Assembly: GCF_018350175.1 (NCBI RefSeq)
Contig: NC_058369.1
Location: 23,500,001 to 23,560,000 of the forward strand
DNA from: Felis catus
Taxonomy: Eukaryota
DNA: 60,000 nucleotides
Direction: 5' to 3'
The position numbers and the translations under genes are program-made. The notes under the pieces were generated by a model. It ran no database searches and had not been told where the DNA came from. It was given only the letters and a program-made list of their open reading frames with translations. Within the stretch, counting starts at the first letter, position 1. Each line of letters opens with the position of its first letter. This document shows, one piece after another, positions 26,637 through 37,866 of the stretch.

Positions 26637-26822
26637 TTTCCAGAACAGACTCCCCACAAATTCAGGGTGTCTGGCGAGTTATAGCTAAAGCCTTCTAAAC
26701 AAATTGGTTTTCAAACCAGCATCTCCAACTAATATTTTCCACAACACGCAACCCCATTCTTGTTTGCGCTAAAGCATTGGAATGAAACCATACTCTGTTT
26801 GTTCTCCAGCTCACATTATGAC
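26637..26822 (-). pseudogene. Decayed LRR C-terminal cap (LRRCT) exon
   Basis: Acceptor cattttatagcAG, donor AAA|GTAAGG. Reads VIM*...EWGC / CWFENQFV*KALAITRQTP*ICGESVLE, like WxCxC...W...CxxPxxxxGxxL. Confidence 0.55.
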
Positions 26823-26898
26823 CTGCTATAAAATGAATTAATATTCATAAATCTCTTTTACTGCACTAATCTCAATGTTTTAAAGTGGTGATTACCAC

Positions 26899-27053
26899 CT
26901 GACATGGGGCAGGCCAAGGACTAAAGGAATCTTCAGACAGCCCAAGATCCTATTCCCACGTGAGTGTTCAAAGAGGAAAGCAAAGGGTTCACATATTGAA
27001 TTTGAACATAGACATGAACATTTTGAGAAGGTTTTCCATAAGGACCCCAGATA
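26899..27053 (-). pseudogene. Decayed LRR exon
   Basis: Acceptor ttttaccccaaAG, donor CAG|GTGGTA. Reads PLLSSLNT / RGNRILG / LSEDSFSPWPAPCQ across two frameshifts, matching LxxLxxLxLxxNxIxxLxxxxF. Confidence 0.55.
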
Positions 27054-27191
27054 CTTTGGGGTAAAAATGTCGTGAACATTTTTTTTTTTTCAGAGCGTCT
27101 GGGAACATAAGCAGGGGAGCTGGGCATAGGTTATGTAATGTGGAATACACCACGTGGCCAACCTTTTTGAAATTTTCCAGATGGAACCTAC

Positions 27192-27337
27192 AGTTTGAAA
27201 AGCTTAGAAACGCCTTCCGTAACGTCCATGTTTTCTGTAATTAAAGTTTCCTCAGACTGTGACAGCTGTGTAGTAGATTGGCTTCAATGATCCGTGTCCT
27301 AAGCCACTGAGAAAGCCCACTGGCTTCACAAGGCTAC
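27192..27337 (-). pseudogene. Decayed two-LRR exon
   Basis: Acceptor ctctcctcAG, donor ACT|GTAGGT. 146 bp, close to 2x72 bp. Reads GLSQWLRTRIIEANLLHSCHSLRKL*LQK / NMDVTEGVSKLFKL. Confidence 0.55.
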
Positions 27338-27749
27338 CTGAGGAGAGATAGACCTTAAAGCTGCCCAGTGGGAAACTCAGAACATACTGGAAACCAAGAA
27401 CACACATACAATGGAACAGAGAACTGGGAGAGAAGTGTAGACACTTTTGGCATTGTTTTAATGAAGAGAATAAGAGGAAGGAGGATGGTTTACATTGTTG
27501 AGAATCTTCATTCTCAGTTTCGGACCCAAGTTATCAAAGACAGAGATGGGACCAGGAGGGACACATTCACTCAATAAATAGTTACTGAAGTTCTACTCTG
27601 TCAGAAAGCATGTAAGAGTGAACAAAAGCAGAGCTTAAAAATTAGTGTGCACAGTGACCAAATAATGAGATGAAGGAAAATAGAATTATGGGCTGAGATA
27701 AATGATTTTAAGGCAATAAAGCCCTATGACAGTAATCAAAGAAGTTAAC

Positions 27750-27942
27750 CAGTCTTAGGAGTCAGGAAGAGTCTGAGGGTTCCCTGCTAGAGAGACCCAG
27801 GAAGAGCCACTCTTGCCAGCAGTGTCAGGGGCAGAGCCAGGCTGGGGGAAGTTGGGGAGCAGACAGCAGTAGCCCGTTGCCCTTTGCCCTGAGCACGCTG
27901 TCCCCAAGGGACGCCTGTCAACGATATGTCTGAAATACTCCA
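27750..27942 (-). pseudogene. Possible decayed LRR exon
   Basis: Acceptor tcttactgctcctggcAG, weak donor CTG|GTTAAC. Contains VSLAGNPQTLP (LxLxxNxLxxLP-like). Confidence 0.3.
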
Positions 27943-28469
27943 CTGCCAGGAGCAGTAAGACTGGAAGGACAGTGGAGGAAGTGATGCGAAACCAAGTCTA
28001 TCCTGTCCAGGGCAGAGACGTGAGTCACTGGGGCCTCGTGAGTCATCCAGGGGGCCAGGCCACACCACCGGCTTGCCCCTCCATGATGGGAATCCTAGCT
28101 TGGGCTCCAGTCTGCGGCCATACCAAGCTGCAGACCCATCTGCCCAGTGACAGCTCAATTTGCTTGTCCCTAATACTTTTCAAATAAAAAGAGACCCAAA
28201 CTGCTATGGTCTTTCACAAGGAAACCCACTTCTCCTCTGGTTTTCCATGCCCAAGTAGAAAACAGGGCCAGGGCTTCGTTTTCAATGCCTCCTGCCCTCC
28301 TCGTGTCCCACAGCCAACCAATCAACAAATAACTTTCCAATCCACTCCCTTGTCTCTCTTCCTCCTACCTCCGTCTGTGTTGGTACCGCCATCATGTCTC
28401 ATCTGTAAAACCTTAACCACCTCCAACTCCAGCCTGGTCTCCCTGCCGCACCTACTGCCAGCCACCCAC

Positions 28470-28768
28470 CTGCCCTTCCCATGTGGTCTCCACCGGAGAC
28501 CTGGAGAGGATCTTGAATGTACGGAGCTTCAGAGAGACCAAGAATGACTGCCTCCATCCCCAGGGCATCTCCAAGCAGTCCTCCTGATGACCTGTGGGCC
28601 CGGGAAATCCTTGAACCACTATTGACAGATGGCAAGAGGTCCATGCAGGAGACTGGGACTTCAGAGAGGCTATCGCCATGTGAACTTCAGTGAAGATGAG
28701 ATCCAGGAAGGAAAGGCCCAAGGGAGTTGGGGAAGCTGGTGCTTTGCATGCTCTAAAGCCTGGCTCTT
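28470..28768 (-). pseudogene. Decayed first coding exon (signal-peptide-like)
   Basis: Acceptor cttgaattacAG, ATG at 28749, donor CAG|GTGGGT. After a frameshift it reads LGLSFLDLIFTEVHMAIAS. Confidence 0.4.
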
Positions 28769-28854
28769 CTGTAATTCAAGAAGACATTTTTTAAAAAACA
28801 AAAGTATAATAACCGAAACACCACCGCCACTAGTATGTTGTGGCTGACATGGTC

Positions 28855-29850
28855 AGTGTCCACCACATTTCCCTGGATCCCTTCTCACTTCCTTGCACAC
28901 AGCTCCTAGTGTGTGTTCACTCCCAGCAGCCTGCACCTGAGCCTTGTTGTGGGTGGCTGCCCTCAGCCTCCTGGAGTCCACGCACCTGACCTCACTTAGC
29001 CGCCACTTCTCTCTGAGATGTGACCACATTGTCTCCAGAGCTTCCTCAGGGAATTCAGCCAAAATTATCTTTGGTGTAACTTTGCCTGATATCCTTGCTT
29101 AGCTGCCTTCCCCTCCCTCTCCCACTTTTATGTGGCTTCTCCTGGGATCGCCTCCCACTAAATCACTTTCCCATAAATCCTGCTCTCCAGGGCTGCTTCT
29201 GGAGAACCAAGCTCTTTGCACAAGGCACAGGCTGAGCATTTGTTATGTATTGTTTTCTCCAATCTTCAAAACAACTGTGTGGGCCAGTACCATAGTATCT
29301 CCATCTTACTGATGATGACACATAGGATCAGAGACATCTGGTTTCTTTCAAGCAGCCAGTAGTAAGGAGAGCCATGGTTCCAACCCAAGCCTCGCCCAAC
29401 TCTTGGCCATTATGCTACACCATCTCTTTGCACCCATTCCCCTCTACTCCTTGCTCCTCACCCACTAACACAAAGCAGAACCTGAGACAGGGTCTGACAC
29501 TCTCCACTATTCTGGAGAGTAGTCCCAGTAAACAGGTGGGAGGAGTGGGGAGGATACAATAGGGACAGAGGGAAAGCAAATATGAGGGTGTGTGCCAGCT
29601 GGCCTCCATGGTGGGTCTTGGTCCCACCTAGCCAGACCTTTGCAGGAGCTGTGTAGAATGTATCTCAGAATTATCCACCTGAAAGACAGAAGGGTGGGGT
29701 ATTTCTCTACCAGCTCTGTCCCCTGTTGGTCGAGGGACCCCAAAGATGTTAACTTTCTCCCACTCCCAGGCCCACAGAGAGTGCTCCTGGGAACTCTCCC
29801 ATCCCCTCCCCTCCCCTGTCAGAGGAGCCCCAAGACAGAATGTGAGGAAG
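28855..29850. mobile_element. Old ERVL LTR fragments (LTR16/LTR33-like) with intervening MIR
   Basis: ggctgcttctggagaacc 3' motif at ~29200 and the reverse aagcagaacctgagacaggg motif at ~29475. Confidence 0.5.
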
Positions 29851-32257
29851 AGGCTCTTAGGTGTATCTGGCTTGAGTGGCTGCCACAGCAAGGACTGGAG
29901 TAAAAGGATGTGAGTCAGAACACACATCCTTTCACTGTCTAATGCAACCAATGCCTCCTAATAAGAGCCCTTATTTGTGGAGCAGACCATGTGCCTGACA
30001 CGGGGCTAACCACTTTCCATGTGTGAACTTTCTCAATACCTTGCTGCACCCTGACTGGGCAAGTACTGACCAGTCTACAACCCATTTCATGGTTGTAGAA
30101 ACTGAGGTCCAATGTGGTGACATTAACTTTTGTGGCAAGCAGCATTGCTGAGACAGGGACTTGGCCTATGCATCCCCAGCTCCCCCTACCACCCGCTGCT
30201 GCCCCAGAAGGCAGCCGGTCTCCCAAGCCATGGCAGCCTTCCACAGGCTGGGCAGGCCCCAGCTCCAGGCCCGGTTCTTATGTGGGGAACCCAGCCAGAA
30301 ATCCAGCCAGGGACCGGATGGCGTCTTATAATTTCTCCATATCCCCCAAGCTGCCTAGCACTAAATAAATACTTGCTGACTGATTGACTCATTCCAGCAC
30401 CGCTTCCAAGTTTCCCTGGGCCCATTCTCTAGGCAGTCGGGCCCCCTCCCTGGCCTTTTGGACTCTTCCATTTCCACCAGCTCCCGAAGCCTGAATTTGG
30501 GAGTTGAGGGAATATTGCATTTTCAGAGATATGAGCTGGTAACAGAAGGGATTTGGCAGCGAGACTGGGTGGGCAGTGGGCTCATGAGTGGAAAAGAGCT
30601 GGATGAGATGGGAGGGGTCTTGAGACTCCTTGTTGCAGAGACTCCAAAGAAAAATGTGCATTGGCCACTCTGAGGACATATTCCTGAAAGACCCCATAAC
30701 CGCGTGGCTAAAGACACCCTCCTCGGTTCAGATCCTCTCCACCTATCACCTTACCTGCCTGTGCCTCCGGGTGCTCATCCCTAAACTGCGATAGTAATAG
30801 TGACCACCATTGTGTAGGGTTGTTGCTTGGATGAACATGAATTAGTATAGTGCCTGGCTAGTGGTCAGTGCTCAACACGTATTAACTGTCATGGTTGCTG
30901 TTATTATGTAGCCAGGGTTTATAACCTGGCAAGGTTACTTTGCTACTCTAGTTCCCTTGATGAGCAAACGGCCTCAAGGAAGGCAAATGTTGTGCACCCG
31001 TACTAGCGTTTACATTCAAAGCTGGCTCAGATTGGCTCTGAAGCCCGTGGCCTTCTGCTACATCAGCATTTCAATCATCGATTGATTGATTGATTATGAT
31101 TCCAGTATTCATGAGAACTATTTGTCATTGTTGCCCAGCAACGCTTTGCAAATACCCACCGGAAATATTGCTTAAGGGGAAAGAGAATTAACCGGTGGGC
31201 AAGAGACAAGGAACCTCACTCTCATTAAGTCTCAGCTCAGCCTCAGGCTGGCCTCAGTTGAAATCACCTCAAATATTGGGTGGTTTACAACCTATTCAGA
31301 GTTCCAGTATATATCGTTTCATAAACCTGCAGGACCTAGTGCTTGCTGGTTTTTAAACATCTCATTCATAACAGTAAAGTTGTTCAGGTTTCAAGTTCCA
31401 TCAGCACATAATATTTGAATTCTCGTTTAAGGTTTAGCTAAAGGTGTATTATATGTAGGTCAGAAGCAGCCTGGCTAAACTAGCCACCCCATCGCTAGAA
31501 GGCAGATGAGCAGAGAGATGGCATTTGGCAAGAATAGGTCACTGCAACGGTATCTCAAGGATCACGGTCATGAGAAGTCTGCCAGTACCTGTGCTTGGAA
31601 TACTGCTAGCACCCCGTGCCTGACCCTATTCCTAGCTGCTCACAGTAAGAGGACACCCACGATTCTCTGAGTGTGTTACTCACTTCAAAACCATCCTATG
31701 GAGTAGGGAACTGACCCCATCTTACAGATCAGGAAACCATGGCGCACAGAACAGTAACTTTCCTATGACTACCCAGTCATTGAGTGAAGCTGTCACCCCC
31801 AAGAAATCAGACTCTGCTTTCTGTGCTCTCAACCACTACCGTCCACTCTATCACTCATACAGAGTGGGAACGTGGGCTTCCGAAGTGCCCCACCAGCAAC
31901 ATGGGGACCATGCACAGGAGAAGGGGCCTTAGGTAGGGTTTATAAAACTTGAGCAAGAAAGAAGACGTTACCTAAGGGAATGACGGTAGATCCAACTCTG
32001 TTCCGATCACACACTTGGGTCTTTTATTCACGAGCACCTATGTGGTCTTTACAAAAATCCAGCAAAATGGGAACTGTCCATGTTGACGGAAGTGGAAACT
32101 GAATCTTAGAAAGGTCAGATGGCTTGGCCACAGCCACCCAGTTGTGCACAGGATGTGGCCAGGACTGATTCTTGACTTCCAATCTCAGGGCTACTTTCAT
32201 TGTACCAGAACTGCTTAGAGGCTCTGAAGGAAGGTTTCTTTATTTATTCCACCTGAC

Positions 32258-32797
32258 TGAAATGCAGATTTTATTATCATGCAGGTATAATGAGGCCAAT
32301 AGATCAGGAGACAACTGCTACGGAGAAGATAGTTTGTTACAGCTCCCAAGAGGAGGGGACAATGCCACATCACGCAGGCCCACTCCAGGAAGTGCCAGGG
32401 TCAGTTAGGAGGCAAGAGGGCGTAGAGGAGAATATGAGCGAGAACCTTTATTGGTGCTTTCAAGGGAAGGAATGGGAAGAGCAGGGTAAGCAGGCTAGAC
32501 AGATTTTAGATTGGCTAATTTGAGTCATTTTGGTGGACTCTGGAGCACAGGGGCTGTCTCAAGTTATCTGGTACTTGGCCCTGGGGTGATTCGGGCAGGA
32601 AGATAATGGCCCCAGTGTGAGAGGTGGCTGAAGTTTGGGTTTCAGATGGGTTGGTTTGCATGTGAAAGGCACATTCCCTAGTGAGTTATTTGCTCTCTCT
32701 AAAAATTAGCTAGCCCCGGGAGGGTCAGCTCTTCCAGTGTCAACAAAGTGCCAACATGTCAAAGCATCAAAATAAAAAGACATGCTTAATAAATACA
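32258..32797 (-). mobile_element. Solo ERVL-class LTR (MER76-like)
   Basis: TG...CA ends on the minus strand, reverse-strand AATAAA and CCAAT motifs; subfamily assigned by recollection only. Confidence 0.55.
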
Positions 32798-32970
32798 CTA
32801 CCCTAGAAGAGAATAGACTTAGCAGTATCCTCATAGGAAGAAACCAAGCAGACAGGACACGATTAGGATGGATGGATGGATGGATGGATGGAGAGCTGCT
32901 CAGATGGACCAACAGATCTGTAAGGTTTATTCTCCCTGCTGACCATAGTACTAGTCCAACACGTATGGTC

Positions 32971-32984
32971 GTTTCCATGGAAAC
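32971..32984. promoter_or_regulatory. Palindromic RFX X-box GTTTCCATGGAAAC
   Basis: Perfect 14-bp palindrome matching the RFX consensus GTNNCC-AT-GGNAAC; function unverified. Confidence 0.5.
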
Positions 32985-35900
32985 TTCTCTAGTGCAAGAT
33001 TAGGGGTAAAGCACAGTCACAAAGCAGCATTCATGGGACCTCTGGATAGACATTTCTTCCACTGCTTCAAAACGAAGACCCTGCTAAATGACGTGGAGGG
33101 AGAGCTGGAGGCGTGCAGCTGGCCCTCGGGATTTCACATTAGCCGTTATTCCCCATAACTCTGCTGCCTAGACATCAGAGCACGGCTAGTTACAAACATG
33201 AAGTCAGCTCCCTTCCAAAATCAATAAGAAGCTTTTGACTGGGCTATCCACGTTGACTCGGAGAGAAGAATAAGGATGCAAAGCTAGGAAACCAAAACTA
33301 GAGAATAAAAACTTCTGAATGGGTGCTTTCATTGGTTTGTTGGCAAGAAACACATTCAAGGAAACCAGGTTGGTTCTCAATTCCCTTTTTAATAAATTAA
33401 AAATACCTTCTTCTGATACTTGGACACATGGGGGCCAAATGGCTTGGATAATTCATTAGCTCTGATGGAGAACGCCATATTTCTCCATCAGCAAGTTGGA
33501 CTCATCTTACAACGATCTCCAGGCTCATAACTACACTGGAAAGAGGGCTGTGTGCAAGCCCAGTCCTGTTACATTCAGGATTCGACTCTCCCTGAAACTC
33601 TGTGACTGGCGCTTTTTCTTGTGGGGTATTTCTATAGAAACCCATCCCTGAGTCTAGCTATTAATTGGAGAAGATTTATTTATCCTATAGGTTTGATAAT
33701 CAATCATCAGATTTCAGCACTTGTTTTGCGGGATTCCATTTCATCACTTGCGACAGTATATATTATTATTCATTATATAAGTTTGTTAACGGTGTATTTA
33801 TTTGAGTGACTCTCCTTCTAAATAAAGGGGCCTTATAAAGTTTTTTTTGTAATAAAAGGTTTATTTTTACATCAGCTATTTGCTTTCCTATGCTAAACCT
33901 CCGTTGAAGGCTCTGAGCAGCATGCAAACCAAATTCCTGCGTTTCAGGCAGGGATGGGGCTGCTGGAAGGTGATTACAACAGCTGCATGGGCCCTTCAGC
34001 AGATTTGGCTTTTTTCAGCCCCGTCAGTCACTTTCCCCCTGAGAAGGGAATAAGAAGCCTGGTAGAGATTAGGAATGGTAATGTAAAAAGTTTCTACCTA
34101 CTGCATAAAATCTTTCAAATTAATGCAAGCATTAAATTGTCAATGATTTTTCACATAAAGCAGATATTAAGCCGTTCATGCCCGCTGGTGTTGGTATAAA
34201 GTTTTGTCAACATTTTTGGCACATAGGTTCTGAGCCCGGGGGTCGAAAAATGTTTTCAACCAAGTTTTGTTGTTTCAGTTGCTTTTTTTTACACTCGTGT
34301 GTTGTAACTCAAATGTAGATTCTTTTCCCAAAAATGAAATTTGGCAGGCCATTAGTCCATAATGTGGTCTAATGCCTGTGGGTATTTTTTAAACATGTAA
34401 ATGGCCAAGATATTTAGATTTTTGAGGTTGAAAAACTGCGCACGCACTCTTAACAACTTCTTTTTCAGCTGTATTTAGTATGCATATTTACTGCACATGT
34501 GTATTAGGTAGCATGCCGATAGACTGGAGATTAGTTGGGAAAATACACAAACGGCTCTTCGCAGGGGGGACTGTCTCACAGAGCATGAGTTGACATGTCT
34601 CCTCATTTTTTCCTGGGGAGGAAGGGGGAGAGTTGAGGCAAGCCATGGTTCTGAGGGCTCACTCCTGGAGTGAGGAGGCTCCAGGCCATTTCTACTCCTC
34701 CATGGGGCCTGAAGACACACGGGGCAGGACGGCCATGCCCCAGCCTGCTAACCAACTCCATAGCACATTAATATCCAAAGGGAGAGGCTGAGCATCCAGA
34801 CCCCACGTTGCTAGATCCTGTCTCTTGCCTCAATGCCCTAGCCAGCACCAACGCCCTGTGGACACTAATCCCCAGCTCTTCCCGACATGGAAGGATCCAC
34901 AGACAGAATCCAAAGCAAATACTCTGAGTATAAAGAAAACACACTGTAGCCTAATCCACTGTCCAGATAATTGAAAACTAACAGTTATTACCTCATTTGA
35001 AAGTAATTTTTAACAATTAGCTTAGGAAAGTATTTTATAATTTTTTGCTAGCCTTACACAAACTAAAAAAATTTCATGTAATCAATTAAATCTGGCAGGA
35101 TAGCATCAGGCACTCATTAGGCTAGGCTGCTTGAAATTCATGTACAATTTCTTCCTTATGCTGATCTGCAGGAGCTTTTAAACTCGCACTGGGATGCTGG
35201 CAACATCCTCCAAACATCTCAGACACATTGTCTCTCTGAACCTGAACTTTTTTAATGGTGGTTAAACATGTTGTCTGCTTTAGTTTCCTGTCTATCTTCA
35301 TCATGAGCCAGCACCTGTTTCCAATAAATTATATGCAGAACTGTATCAGCCACACCTTGGCAACAGCTGCCACCCTTAAAAGCCGAGTGCCCTTGAGGAC
35401 AATACACCTGTGAACACATAGAGTGTTTATTTAGCTGAAAGCCAAAACTCGAAGTTACATAAAGCAATTATCTAAAGCCTAATGTATGCCCATTATTAAC
35501 ACAAAATAACCCTGTTCTTAAAAACCAATAAAAATCTATTTAAAGGATTTTTCCAAATCCCACTGAAATTTGTACTCAGCTAGAGACCTAGTCTTAGCCT
35601 GGGACTTAAAATTCTAATGGTGGGCAAGGGAGAGGTCTGTATGTGAGTTATAATATAATATATTCTGAGCTCATGCCTGGAATTTGGGGCATAAGCATGC
35701 CTGGGTCATACAGCCGAAGCTTTAGACTATTGAGCAAGGACCGGCTTATTTAAAATAATCTTTGTTACCTGTCACTTTAAAAAAATTGACTATGGTCTAG
35801 AGGTTAAAAAAAAAAGGAATGGATTCAGTTAATATTTAAATGTAAGAACAGTTCATCCCAGGATACTTTTCTTTATTTGTACAGCCCACCTTTACCTTAT

Positions 35901-37832
35901 GGTTCATTACCTAATAGCATTACCCTTAGGTAATGGAGTTGGCAGTATACTAATGAAAATGGAACCGGTGTCAGGTAAAGAGCTTCAAACTTCCATCCTG
36001 TTGCAGGAAATATATGAATAGTGAAAATTCCAGCAAACTATAGTATCTGCTGCACACAGTTTAGTTTCTAGAGTGTGTGACCTGCATCACTTTCAAGGAA
36101 TGGGATCACATAGTACATATTGCTGAGCAATAAATAAGAACAGGGCATAGCTATCGTATCTCCCAAGGGAAGTCTCATGAAATCTGAATGATCTTTTGCT
36201 TAGGGTTTGTAGTACGTTAATCCCTGTCTGATACTTCCTGTTGACATTGAACTGATGGACCCGTAGTCACTTAGGTGCAAATGTGTTTTAGCACTTCTGT
36301 TTGGCTGATGCAAACGCTATGGAAGTAACTGCTAATGAGTATTACAGCTTCCAGCTTGAGCCATGGCACTGTCGGTTCACATTCAGTACAGAAGTGGCCT
36401 AAAGCCTGTGAATTGGACTCAGCAGAAGAGAGCCCAGGAGCAGCCTATGTCTTATGACAAAGTCCACAACACATCAGCCTGGCTACCCTTTCCTGAACCT
36501 GGACACATGACAGTGGCTTAGGCTGCTGCTACAGGGGGATGGCGACCCACGAATGCAGCGTGCCATGGCCATGACTGCTCTACTCTCTCCCTTTCCAGTT
36601 TGCTGGTGCTCTCATTTAGTTAACAACTGTTTTCCGATCACCTATTCCAGAGCAAAAGTGGGGGACACCAAGATGAATGAGACAGATGGTTGCTCCTTCT
36701 TGCTGGGTTTGCAAAGACCTCCCCTGGGCATTTGCAACATCTGTGATGAGAGACCCAGGTTCTCGCTGTGATTCTGTCACCACGGGCAGAGCTGGTCTGG
36801 AGCAAGAAACTCACACGCTTTCAGACAGCTCCCTCCCTTGTAAAACACGCAAAACAACTCCTGCGGCATCTACATCAGAGAATCGACAGGAAACTCAAAT
36901 AAGCAACGAATGCACATAGATCCTGCAGATTTCAAGCACTGAGTCCTTTTGGGGCCCTTTGGGTTTCAAGCTGTACTTGCACTGAGGTTATTTCTTTAGG
37001 TGACTTAGCTTGTTGTAAGTTTGAAGACTCAACATGAAACTCACAAAGTGCGGCCACAGCAGCGGTGTCATTATCAAAACTCCAGCAAGCATTCCAGCCA
37101 GACTATTCCCTGCTGGATTCACTTAATGTGTAAGGAGATCTTTCAGCCAGACTTCACTGGGAAGTATATATGTGTGTGTGTACACACACACACACACACA
37201 CACGATGAAAAATGAAGAAAATTAGGAAAAATGTGTTTTCCTTTTCTAACAGTATAGAAATAGTATAGCATTATGCTAATTCAAGACTCTGTCTCTATAG
37301 ATATAAGACTTCCTTCTTTGATTGGGTTTCTTGATTAAGGGCCCTCACATACAATTGCATGTAAATGTGAGAGGCACCCAATTTGCATTCCAGGCCGGAA
37401 GACACCCAGAAATGGATTTTAAAAGGAGAGAGCTCATTCTTATCCTTCTGGAGAATTTATCTTTATAAAGGTCAGCAAATTTAGAGCACGCTTTGCTAAT
37501 TTACCACGTGTACGGGAAATAAGTCATGAGTACAAGTTTGCACAGAAGATAAGACTTGCTATGTTTTACAGAAACTGGGTTTTGAATATCGAAAGGATAA
37601 TTCAAAAAACATTTTAAAATCCTATTGGTTTCTCTGCCTGCTTGTCAGATTTCCCATTGGTGATGAAACACTGCCAAGGGCAGATTTAGTGCTAGTCATG
37701 AAACCAGACCTGGGCTTGTGGTTACTTGATAATAACTGTGATAATAAATTCATCCATTAATTTCTTTCCTGTTTCTCTACATGAGTAATGTTAAACCAAG
37801 ATGTTATGCTATTGGAGGGAAAGAATCATTTT

Positions 37833-37866
<34 letters not shown>

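Larger units (their letters stand above)
17100..28768 (-). pseudogene. Putative unitary pseudogene of an LRR + LRRCT + TM single-pass membrane protein (LRRC66-like architecture)
   Basis: Six ordered minus-strand segments with AG acceptors (five also with a clear GT donor). Joined across frameshifts and stops they give signal-peptide-like, LxxLxLxxN-like, WxCxC...CxxP...G-like and hydrophobic motifs in the expected order. Intron-containing, so not a retrocopy. Confidence 0.55.

Noticed and set aside
26637..28768. Naming the locus LRRC66 or LRRC37
   Set aside because: Similarity is motif-level and from memory only; it is far too diverged to be the orthologue, so no gene symbol is given.
35122..35324. 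Minus-strand exon-like ORF (MMKIDRKLKQ...)
   Set aside because: Weak acceptor context, no recognisable protein similarity and no link to the other segments.
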